Source: Camelus dromedarius
Taxonomy: Eukaryota
Reading direction: 5' to 3'
DNA: 64,000 bases
NCBI RefSeq assembly: GCF_036321535.1
Contig: NC_087448.1
Span: 60,512,001 to 60,576,000, forward strand
Position numbers and translations under genes: made by a program. Shown here piece by piece: positions 54,738 through 64,000 of this stretch. The notes under the pieces were generated by a model that saw only the letters and a program-made list of their open reading frames with translations, made no database searches and had not been told where the DNA came from. Numbering within the stretch: position 1 is the first letter of the stretch; each line of letters starts with the position of its first letter.

Positions 54738-56839
54738 CTGAGATAAAAGATAAAATGCAAATAGGATTAAATGCTGATAGAATAATCCATGATTAGAAGC
54801 ATTTCACTGATGTAATGGACAGGTCTTTGCCTATCTTCCTTCTTGTCCAGTCCCTGTGGCACATTGCGAAAGTCCCTTTTTAAGGCACAGGCAAAGTGTT
54901 GGCAGTTAATTTTATATAACACTCCTCACTCCCTCTCCCTCCAGGATTTCCAAGCTGGGATCTTCAGTCTCTAGAAGGTCCCAAAATCAATAGTGGGGTA
55001 GGGGTAGGGATAGGGGACCTATTTTATCATTTGTGAGTGATTTTCGATACTACAAAAAAAAAAAAAAAAGACAAATGGAAACTGTGCATTCTCTTCAGAT
55101 AAAGCTATCCAGGCCAGAACAAAGATTGCCTGCCTTTGGATGGCATATATGAACACAAAGGCAATTTATATAGTGCTAATGAGACAGTCTTTATAGCTTT
55201 TTGCCCAACAAAACAGTAACAAACAAATTAACAACAAAAACATGGCAGGGCCAGTAAAATATTACTTAAAGAAGCAACTGATAGACAAAGCTTTCAAAAT
55301 TTGGAAGTCACCAGGAGAAAAATGATAAACTGGCTCTGAAAAGACTGCACGCACTGGTATAAGTAGCCTCCTGCCAAGATGACATGATACTCTGCTCCAT
55401 CCTGACTCAAGCAGGATCAGCAGAGCTCCCTCCCCAATGTGCATCCCCAGTTACCTGATAGAATCGTCAATATTTATGAATTTCCAGGCTAACAAAATAT
55501 TGTTCTAGTTTACAGAAACATTTAGGCTCTTATAAAACCATGATACAATACTGAGCACTTCCAAAAATTCTGACTAGACATAATATAAATAGAAAACTAT
55601 AAATGTTTCATACATACATAAATTCACATAAGCCGTGCCTTGTATGAATTTATTCTTATCTCTGTGCTCTTTATTTAGGTTATTATTGAAGCTAGTTTTC
55701 TCTCCTGACCGTCTCTCTACTGGCCTCCGAGTTTCCTTTTAGAATATTGCTTCTCTCTCTTTCACTATAAGTTTATCAATCTGATGCTAAAAAACATTCA
55801 ATCCCTAAACATCTTAGGTCTCACAATGTAAAAAACTGTAAAGAGAGTATTCTACTACCCAGAGAGAACAAAAATAATTTTTTCCTTCCTCTCTCCCCAT
55901 AGGATTAACTACTTATGGGACTGTTTCAGTGGGACTGTTTCACTTATGTGCACAAGAAATGGAATGCTGAAATCGATGTATTCTTACAACCTCACACAAA
56001 GCATATGTAGATTCAGAATGTTAATAACACAAAAATCATAGAAGCGTGTAATGAAAATAACCTTGAGTCATCCAGTCCAAACTTCTACAAGTGCTGGAAT
56101 TTCCTTTTCAAAAATTTTCAACAGTTTTTGTCCTAAGGAGTTACCAACTTTTGGTTTTGAATAACTGACATTTAGGGAGCATTTACTTAGGTTCAGCTGA
56201 AATACATATCCCTTGTGATCGTCACCTAAAAGTCCTAGTTACTTCAGAACTATGCAAAATAAATCTGCTTCTTCCAAATAATCGCCTTTTAGATATCTAA
56301 TGATACTGCTCAATCCCACAGGCCAGTTCTTTTATCCCTGGTTCCTTAATATGTCTCTTACACAGCACAATTTCTAGACACATCAACTAAATATTATATA
56401 CATTTGTTCCTCATTTAACCTTGATTTGTGTAAGAAATACTGATCTTTAAATACCTTAATCTCCAAGTTTGCTGCTCACACTACGGCAGGAGACCCCGTC
56501 ACCACCTGTCAGTCCTCCTGTAATCATCTCCTAACAAGTCTTTAAATTTACAGACCCTTCACTTTAATTCACCCCATCAGAGTAGGAGCCCCTGTCACTC
56601 TCTAATTAGAAACTTTCATTTGAAGACTTCAAATTCAAATCCCATAGCCTGGCATTCAATACTATCCTCAAACTGGCTTCAAACTCTTTCCAAATTTGTC
56701 TTTCGTGAACTTTCCACATAAATATTCCACTTAAGCTAGAACAGTCCCCTTGCTGTCTGCCCACAAGTGTCTTCTGTATTCCCACTCCCCTTCCTTTATG
56801 AAGACGTGCTTCTCTTTTTACCACAAAAATTCTAGGGAA

Positions 56840-57035
56840 GCAGTATAGCATGGGGATGAGAGCGAAGGCTCTAGAATCAGATAGCTAGGGTTTGAGTACT
56901 TGCTGGCTGGATGACCTAGACCAAGTTACTCAACCTCTCTGTGCCTCGTATTTTACGTATGGGAACTGAAGTACCTGTCTCATCGCTGAAGGGTCTGAGA
57001 CTCCACTCACGGCACAGCACAGTGCCTGGCACGTA
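56840..57035 (+). mobile_element. MIR
   Basis: ggctctagaatcagatagctagggtttgag...gatgacctagaccaagttactcaacctctctgtgcctcg...cacagtgcctggcacgtaag. Confidence 0.8.
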
Positions 57036-57619
57036 AGAAACTTACCAGATTAAGTGTAAACTTTCAGCACCCTTTCTGGCTTATACTGAGTTGTATTTTC
57101 TCTGCAAAGAATATCTCAGCCTACAATATCGCCACTACTAAAGCCGCGCTGTAAAGTTGGCCCTTACTGTAACCTGACTGTCCCCATTAGTTATTTTCTT
57201 TACACTCAGTTCAACAAAGATAAATACTTGCAGTTGTTGATTCCTCAGAGCTGGTGAAGTGTCCCATAATACAAATGGCTAGTATCTGCTGCTTATAGCA
57301 ATGAATTCTCTTCCCTAAAAAATCATGCAAACTACTTTAGAGTAGGAAAACTAAGATTCTTTTTGTTGGGGGAGGTGGAGGAGGAGACTAACTCAATGTC
57401 TGTTTCCTTTTATACATTTTCCTCAAATTGTAGATGTAAGTGCTAGACAATCAAAAAAAAGAATGGAGCTACAGGTAAAATACTTTTTTCTTGAAAAGAA
57501 GTATATTATCTCCTCTCTCTGGAAAGAATTCTGGGGTGAATGAGTACCTTTGGAACAAACAGAGAGGCAAATGACTACCCTTACTTTCATTCTGTAATAA
57601 GCAAGATGCTTATTTACTG

Positions 57620-57821
57620 AGAATTGGGGCACTAAGAGTAAAATTAACTGAGAACAGAAAACTAAGCATAGGGTACTAAGAATAGAGTATTGAGAACAGG
57701 GTTAACAGAGAATTTAACATTAAGAACACTAAAAGTTACTCCTAATAGGGGTACTGAGAACAGGGTACTAACACTAGGTAGACTGAAAAAAGGATACTAA
57801 GAATAGGGTAGTGAAAACAGG
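57620..57821. repeat. Degenerate 14-bp minisatellite (consensus AGGGTACTRAGAAY)
   Basis: Units at 57671 agggtactaagaat, 57685 agagtattgagaac, 57748 ggggtactgagaac, 57762 agggtactaacact, 57791 aggatactaagaat, 57805 agggtagtgaaaac. Confidence 0.75.
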
Positions 57822-58205
57822 AAGAGATTACCTTCTCCAAAGTACCAATTTCATCTAGGTTCCTAATTCTCTCTGCCTGCTCCTCCACTGATGAATCAGA
57901 TCAGTCATTTAGTATCTGTCCTTCCAGCCCATATCCCAGATCTTTGAAATGACAGCTTTGCTCACATGTCAATCATTTTCACTGAAATGTATTCATCTAT
58001 CACAAGGATGCAGCAGAACTCTTAAGACTTTTCACACATGTGTATAAACTTCAATTTAGGGCAAGCACTCACTAACTCTGAGCCACAAGTCCAGCCACTG
58101 CCACCTGACCCGTTTAGGAGCTGGTGGGCAGGCTCCGGGAATGCAGTCTGCTTAAGAGTGGGGTTTCCTCTTCCACCTCCCACTTCCCCAGACCCCAGAT
58201 GATAC

Positions 58206-58832
58206 CTCCAGTTTGACGTTTCCTGAGCTGCCAGCCGAGGCGGCCCCACCACAGTTCAGGGCCTGATCACTTTTCTTCTTCTTGTACTTGTCCTTGTACA
58301 TCTTGTTGCGGTGTTTTTTGCACATCCACGGCTTGCGCTGCTTGGCCACCTGGCTCGTGGTCTCGTTGCAGCCCTCATAGGTGCAGGTCTTGCTCATGCT
58401 GCCCCCGCCGCTGCCCCATCTCCGGGCTCCCCCGCTGCCGCCTTCGCCCCCCGAGTGAATTTCCTCGTCTTCCAGATCCTCCAAACTAGCCGTGCTCTCG
58501 CCTCCCCCCGGGGGGTCCGATGTGTCCAGCAGGTCGGCTTCGTCCTCGCCTGCCTCCTCCTCACCATCCCCTGCCACTTCACACAGGTACTGAATCGGCT
58601 TGCCCGCCCCGGCGCTGCCCCCTAGGGCCGAAGCCTGACTCAGGACGCCCTCGGCCGCAGCCTCGTCCTGCCCTCCACACGGGTGCATCACCAGCAGGGT
58701 GAACTGCGAGGCCGGGGCCGGGACGGGGGCTGGAGCCAGGGCCTGGCCGAGAGTAGAGGCGGGGGCCCCGGCGCGGAGCGCGCCGCCGGCGGCGCCCGGC
58801 CCCGCACCCTCGGCGACACCCTGCACCTCCGT
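58206..58832 (-). CDS. RFXAP: RFXAP exon 1 coding part (627 nt, 209 codons, starting at an ACG codon)
   Basis: Translates TEVQGVAEGAGPG...SQFTLLVMHPCGGQDE...DLLDTSDPPGGGES...MSKTCTYEGCNETTSQVAKQRKPWMCKKHRNKMYKDKYKKKKSDQALNCGG...NVKLE, with donor GAG|GTATCA. The start codon is uncertain (ACG at 58832-58830; first in-frame ATG at 58688-58686). Confidence 0.93.
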
Positions 58833-59170
58833 GCTGCCGAGACCCGGCGGGGGTCCACGACCCCTGCCTTTCAGCACCTGCCGGGCCCAACTGCACTTAG
58901 CAAACCAACGACCCCGGCCCGCTGAGAGGAAGGGGGACGGGCTCCACGATGGCACCCCCACTGCGCCTGCGCGGCTGTGGCCCGCGCGTGTGCGTCTCGA
59001 CGCTTTGTACCTTTCAGGGAACCCGGCGTCTCTGAGGGGCGGGGCTGAGCGTCCCCCGGGGCGGCTGACTGCGCATGTGCGATGGGCCCTGGCGGGAGAT
59101 GCTACGCTGCGCGGGCGCCGCCGCTGCCGGCGGCTGTGTGAAGTTGAGGTCTTGCCGCGCAGAACAGGAC
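58250..59170. promoter_or_regulatory. CpG island / RFXAP promoter with GC box and NRF1-like motifs
   Basis: Very GC- and CpG-rich relative to the flanks. GGGGCGGGGC at 59036-59045. NRF1-like TGCGCCTGCGC at 58962-58972 and TGCGCATGTGC at 59070-59080. No obvious TATA box. Confidence 0.85.
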
Positions 59171-59909
59171 GGTGGTTTTTGACTGGAATCTACTTTGTCT
59201 AAAACGTTCAAAGCACTTTGGTACTGGAACTCCAGAATGTAAATTCAGATTGTTCAAAAGCGTTCTTATGACTTGTGGCGCTCGTTATAATGGTATTTCG
59301 CCCTAAACTGCCTGAAATGGGAGATGTGAAGCTGGGAGGTGGCAGTGTCACCACTGGGCACCACTAGTTAGCAAAGAAGGCAGAGGCGGCCCGTTTGAAA
59401 ATGGTACAGTGGAGAAGGAGTGGACCGGACCGGGGGCCACGTCGTATTTGTGTTGAGAACTCCATGACTTAACGCTTGATACATTTTGCTCTCGTGGAAA
59501 CTTCTTTATTTTTATACCTTGGCATTTCCTATGACCTCTGAGGTAAGTTTTAAATAACGTTTTCATTAAACACGGTGAAAGTGTGTGAAAAAGAAGGTTG
59601 AATGACAAACGTTAAAAAAAAAAAGTCAATGAATAATCTATCACTTCTACCAGTTGTCTCACAATTGCTGGTTGCTGAATGTGGACTTAGCCAAATCTTG
59701 GGAGGGATTGGATCCTGTCATGTCCTGAATAAAACTGTCAGGTAGATGTGCACTTTCCTCTTACTTCTTCCCCCTCCCCTAGTCAGGTTTCACATTCCAC
59801 CTATTGGAAAGGAAAGCAGTGGTTATCCAATAAATGGTAAATCCATTCCCGTTAAGATATTTGCGTTTTGATGTGTGAGTGGGTCACCAGCTACATTTTA
59901 AAGAGAGAC

Positions 59910-60060
59910 AGGGTGGAAGAGAGCAGGTTTGGAATTAGACCGACCTGGGCGGCCCTGTCCAGTGTGACCAGGGCTAGTGACTGACAGCCTCTCTGAGCTT
60001 CAGTTTTCCCATTGGTAAAACGGGTAGTCCGTGGGTGTGTGTCAGTTCATGAGAACCTAC
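59910..60060 (+). mobile_element. MIR
   Basis: ggaattagaccgacctggg...gtgtgaccagggctagtgactgacagcctctctgagcttcagttttcccattggtaaaacggg. Confidence 0.75.
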
Positions 60061-60369
60061 TGTTAAAATTTCACAAATTTAATTAAAAATAAAGTTACAT
60101 AAATTTATAATTAAATTATGATGAAAACAAAGGCCAAAAAACTCAAAACCCATCTTTTTCTAATTGTTTTACTCTTAGTTATGATGATAAGATTCTGTCT
60201 ATTGTACCTGTACGTGGAAATACGACTCAGTGGTGCAATACTGCGTATCTCTTCCCAACTCTGCATTCAGGGGTGTCATGCTGGTAGCATATCATGGAGG
60301 GCAGTGCTACTTAAATCCTAGTACAAATTCCTGTAATAGTATTCAATAAATGACAGCGGGTTGGTTGGG

Positions 60370-60810
60370 TTTTTTTTCTTTTTAAGTTTTATTGGGGTAT
60401 AATTTACGTGACATAAAAACTACTCACTTGTACAACTTAATGATTTTTAGTAAATGTATAGAGTTGTGCAACCACCACCACCACAACGCAGTTTTAGAAC
60501 ATTTCCATCACCCTACCTAAGATCCTTCCTATCCAGTCTCCATCCTATTCCCAGCCCCAGGAAGCCACGAATCCACTTTCTGTCACTACAGATTTGCCTT
60601 TCATGGGCACTTCATAGAAATGTAAGCATATAATATGTGGCCTTTNNNNNNNNNNNNNNNNNNNNNNNNNNNNNNNNNNNNNNNNNNNNNNNNNNNNNNN
60701 NNNNNNNNNNNNNNNNNNNNNNNNNNNNNNNNNNNNNNNNNNNNNNNNNNNNNNNNNNNNNNNNNNNNNNNNNNNNNNNNNNNNNNNNTTTCTAGCAATG
60801 TTCCATAATG
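60370..60810 (-). mobile_element. L1MB-like 3' end
   Basis: ttttattggggtataatttac...atgatttttagtaaatgtatagagttgtgcaaccaccacc...gttttagaacatttccatcaccc; contains an N gap. Confidence 0.85.
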
Positions 60811-61089
60811 ACAACAGGTGTTATTATCTAGTGCTTAGCACATAATGGGCTCTCAAAATATTTCCTGAATGGATATATTAACAAATGAATGAGTCAGGGT
60901 GAAAAAAGTAGCCTGGATGGACACGAGATTTTTTGGTTCTAGGCCTGCCTCTCCCTAAGTGTCAGTGTGACTGACCAGGTGGGGAACCAGGAGTCGCTGG
61001 GCTTTTGTTTCTCAGCTATAAAATGATCAAGCTGGTCTAAATGATCTGTAAACTCTTTTCTAAGATTAGAATAGAATAGAATCTATTTA

Positions 61090-61215
61090 TCTTTCACTGT
61101 GCTTTGGCCACTCCTTGGGATTCTGATTCTGTTGGTCTGACATGGGGCTGGGCATGCATATTTTAAAAAAGGTCTCTAGGTAATTCTAATACGTAATCAG
61201 CACTGAGAACCATTG
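61090..61215. mobile_element. MER5-like hAT relic
   Basis: gattctgattctgttggtctgacatggggctgggcatgcatattttaaaaaaggtctctaggtaattctaat...gcactgagaaccattg. Confidence 0.65.
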
Positions 61216-61654
61216 ACTTATCTGTTATAACTAAAACATAATCTAGTAGACTTACATATATAAACAGATGTCCTAGCTCTGGGATTCAGTAACATAGTGT
61301 ATTTGTCACCATTCAATAAAGATTTTACATATATAGTATTTTTTTAAATGCTAAAAACTCAGATTATTGTCAAATCAAATTTTAGCACTATTTCTGTGGT
61401 CATTATTTCATGTAGATTCTATCCATTTAAATATTCTTTGAAGACTTATTACTAGAGACAAGGCATTGTGTAAATTCTGGGTGGGCTTTTTCATTTCTTC
61501 TGTTTATCTCTTTACTATTTCCCTATAACTATGCACATTCTTTCTTCTGTGTGTTTGAAAGCAATGTTTATTTGTTATCAAGAGTCCGTTTAAATGAGAA
61601 ACAGTGAGATGAAGATGTGCTTGTCTTCTTTTTGCGGTGCATGGTTTATATGGG

Positions 61655-62551
61655 CTTTTTGGTTGTCTGTTAAAGGGGACTCAAGCTCTGGTGGGGGGCG
61701 GGGGAGTCACTACCCTTTGGGAAGATCTGCTATGACAGATAAGCAGAGCACAGTGAATACGAGGATTCTAAGAGGAAAGCTAAGCATATGAAGCTAGATT
61801 GGAGACACAGCTAGAACAAATTAAACGGGAAGAGGGACCTTCTGCCTGAAAATAATGGACTACATGTGGAGATAGACCTGCCCAAAGGAAAGTCTGAAGA
61901 GCAATATTCAGAAGGCTCCCAGGAGATCTGTGCATTAGAGGATGATATTGCATAGACTAAAGTGATTGAAGAGCAATTAAAGAAATATGTCGGGATGGGA
62001 ACAAACAAATGATGATTAGAGAGAGTATGACAGGTCACAGTCATTACTTTGGATGAAAGAGCAGTGCTAAATCGAGCCATTGAAAGAAATGCCTTTGGGG
62101 AGAGTGAACTTAGAGAAGAGTTTTCTGGAATCCATCCAGCATGGAAAAGGAATCGGTCCTACAGCACCTAAGCCAAAAGGATGTACACTGACTGTGCCAT
62201 CCATGGACCTGGTTCCAGTCTAGATACAACTTGCATGGTCCTGTGAGGTATAGAAACCCCTTGATCCTGTGGATCGATGAGTCTGCCTTCAAGAATATGG
62301 TATTGTGAAAAGTAGGGTATTGGAAACCAAACCTGCATTCCTTTGAAAATTCAGGTAGGGTTTAGTCTTCAAGCTGAGCAAATGTCACAGCCTCCTGGTT
62401 GGGGAGTAAGGCAGGGATGACAAACAGTCAACAGCATGTTTTTGGATAATGAAGGGTTGGTAAATGCCTAAATTTGGGAAACTACATTTTAATATTTGCT
62501 AACAATTGCTGATGATCCTAGTCGTCTGAGAGGACAGTCAAGATGTTGCTT
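61655..62551 (+). pseudogene. NDE1: NDE1 processed pseudogene (decayed, intronless)
   Basis: Hand translation gives WEDL.MTDKQ (61718-), LETQLEQI (61799-61822), ALEDDIA*TK (61932-61961), LNRAIERNAFGESEL (62067-62111) and terminal VKMLL (to 62551), collinear with NDE1 as I recall it. It has several stops and frameshifts and no introns. Confidence 0.88.
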
Positions 62552-64000
62552 GTTTTACGTCCTTACCCTTTGCCTCTTTTTATGCTAGTCTCCGAGCAAA
62601 ACAGCGGTCATCCTCATTAGTTGTGCGGTTTGAGGACCAAGCCAATGACTGGTGGCTGTCCCCTGCAGCCTTTGGTGTCCATCCTCTTGAAGTGTATTCT
62701 GGCACCCCTGAGTCTCACTGCAGTGATGTGTGCAGCTAGTCCATGAGCCACTTATTTTGTGTGGGAATGGCTCTAGGGTGTGGATGTGGTCAATCATATG
62801 GCCAGAATCTGGGTCATCCCAAGAGCCTTGACAAGCTGTGAGAGGCTTTTGATGTCCATGACTCCTTACATGAGCCTCAGCTCATCTTTTTGGCTGACTT
62901 TGTCCTTTAAAGTGCTCAGAATACAATAAACAGAGACCAGTAGTCTCTCTCTTTCTTCTAGAGCAAAATCTCCAGTGCTTTATGGACACTTTACAGATCG
63001 GTATACATAATTCATTTCTAAAACTTTAGCATATAGCTTCTGAATGCTGCATTTTTTTTAAATCATAGAGTACCTTTGTGTCTAGCCAAAAAGGTTTGAC
63101 CTGATTCTCTACATGAGGTTATTTAAGGTTTGCTAGTTTGAGCCTGACTGACTTAGGGAAGATTTCATGTTGACCAGGGTCAGTGAAACTCTACTTATTC
63201 CATAGGACTGTTTGCACCTCCGTGGGGTTAACTTCAGCTCTGTCTCTTGGAACCACCTAGACCCACTGTAATGCAGCCCCTAGGAACAGGACTTTCTTAA
63301 AAACATGTTGAATCAATCAATCAATCAAGAAGTCATGCAGATAAAGTTAAAAAACAAGGAGGATTATTGTTAGAAGTGCTTTTTCAAATAAGATCAACAA
63401 CACCACCACCACAACGAGCCCAGGTTTCACAGCATCTATATTATGTACACTCACCACTGCTTCTTAAGCACTGTTGTGCCACATTGACAGACAAGAAGAA
63501 AAAGAATGAACTAACTTCAGGGCTGTATCCTTTGGAAGAATAATAAAAATACTTTTGAGTTGAAAATGTATCTTTAAGTGCTACTGAAATTCAGCAGAAG
63601 AATTAAGTCATAGTGCCAGGTTTGTTAACCAAGTATTGATGTTAGAAGTACTTCATTTTTCCAAAAGAAAAAAAAAGAAGTAATTGTCAGGTAGTTTCCA
63701 GCTGGGCAGTAACTCCAAGTTGATATTTAATGTTTTACACTCTATGCATTTGTACATCTATATTTTCTCAATATGATCAAACGCTATTTTTGATTTTTCT
63801 TTTCTTTAACAAAGCAAATTTGAAAAAATTGAATAGCGTTTAACATTTTTTCCATTACAGTAGTCTTTTTGGAAATATTTTTGGGATGAACAAGGGTATA
63901 GTAATGGTATGTCAGTATGGCAAAAGCCCAAGCTGGGAAGACAGCAAGCCTTGTGGAGCAGTGTTAAGCTGGGCCTGGGGGCAGTAGTAGGTGTGTCCAC

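Noticed and set aside
54461-54760. Coding-looking minus ORF (LDFEILKPVEL...) spanning the N gap
   Set aside because: The frame is joined artificially through Ns, and the visible part lies in RFXAP intron 2 within probable old L1 sequence.
58896-58905. RFX X-box-like CTTAGCAAAC in the RFXAP leader (autoregulation idea)
   Set aside because: It has an extra A relative to the TAGCAAC half-site and no partner half-site.
58833-58961. 43-aa N-terminal extension of RFXAP given by the ORF track
   Set aside because: It starts at GTG, not ATG, and does not resemble RFXAP as I recall it. Treated as open 5' leader.
58311-59202. Several plus-strand ORFs (for example 167 aa at 58699-59202) antisense to RFXAP
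   Set aside because: Expected in a CpG island; low-complexity Ala/Pro/Arg/Gly content and no homology recognised.

Overview
Mammalian genomic DNA, probably camelid (inferred from two Vic-1-like tRNA-derived SINEs), with two convergent genes. SMAD9 (+) has coding exons at 29571-29982, 32725-32982, 35801-36022, 42409-42665 and 44924-45067, which splice to a 430-aa R-SMAD ending in SSVS. Bases 1-29.3k appear to be intron 1, and no exon 1 was recognised in the window. RFXAP (-) has exon 1 at 58832-58206, exon 2 mostly hidden in an N gap (inferred 54737-54630) and exon 3 at 53043-52933. The rest is ordinary mammalian repeat content (L1, L2, MIR, MER5/MER20, MLT1, a solo LTR, microsatellites), a full-length U2 snRNA retrocopy and a decayed NDE1 processed pseudogene. 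I found no convincing new multi-gene system. The most interesting observations are: (1) RFXAP has ACG where the orthologous ATG lies and no in-frame upstream ATG within the open frame; (2) the optional SMAD9 exon 4 has lost its 3' end and normal splice donor; (3) the U2 copy carries a 3' trailer inside a 16-bp target-site duplication; (4) the NDE1 retrocopy is invisible to the ORF track. Comparisons with human or mouse sequences are from memory and need confirmation by alignment. Repeat boundaries and family names are approximate.
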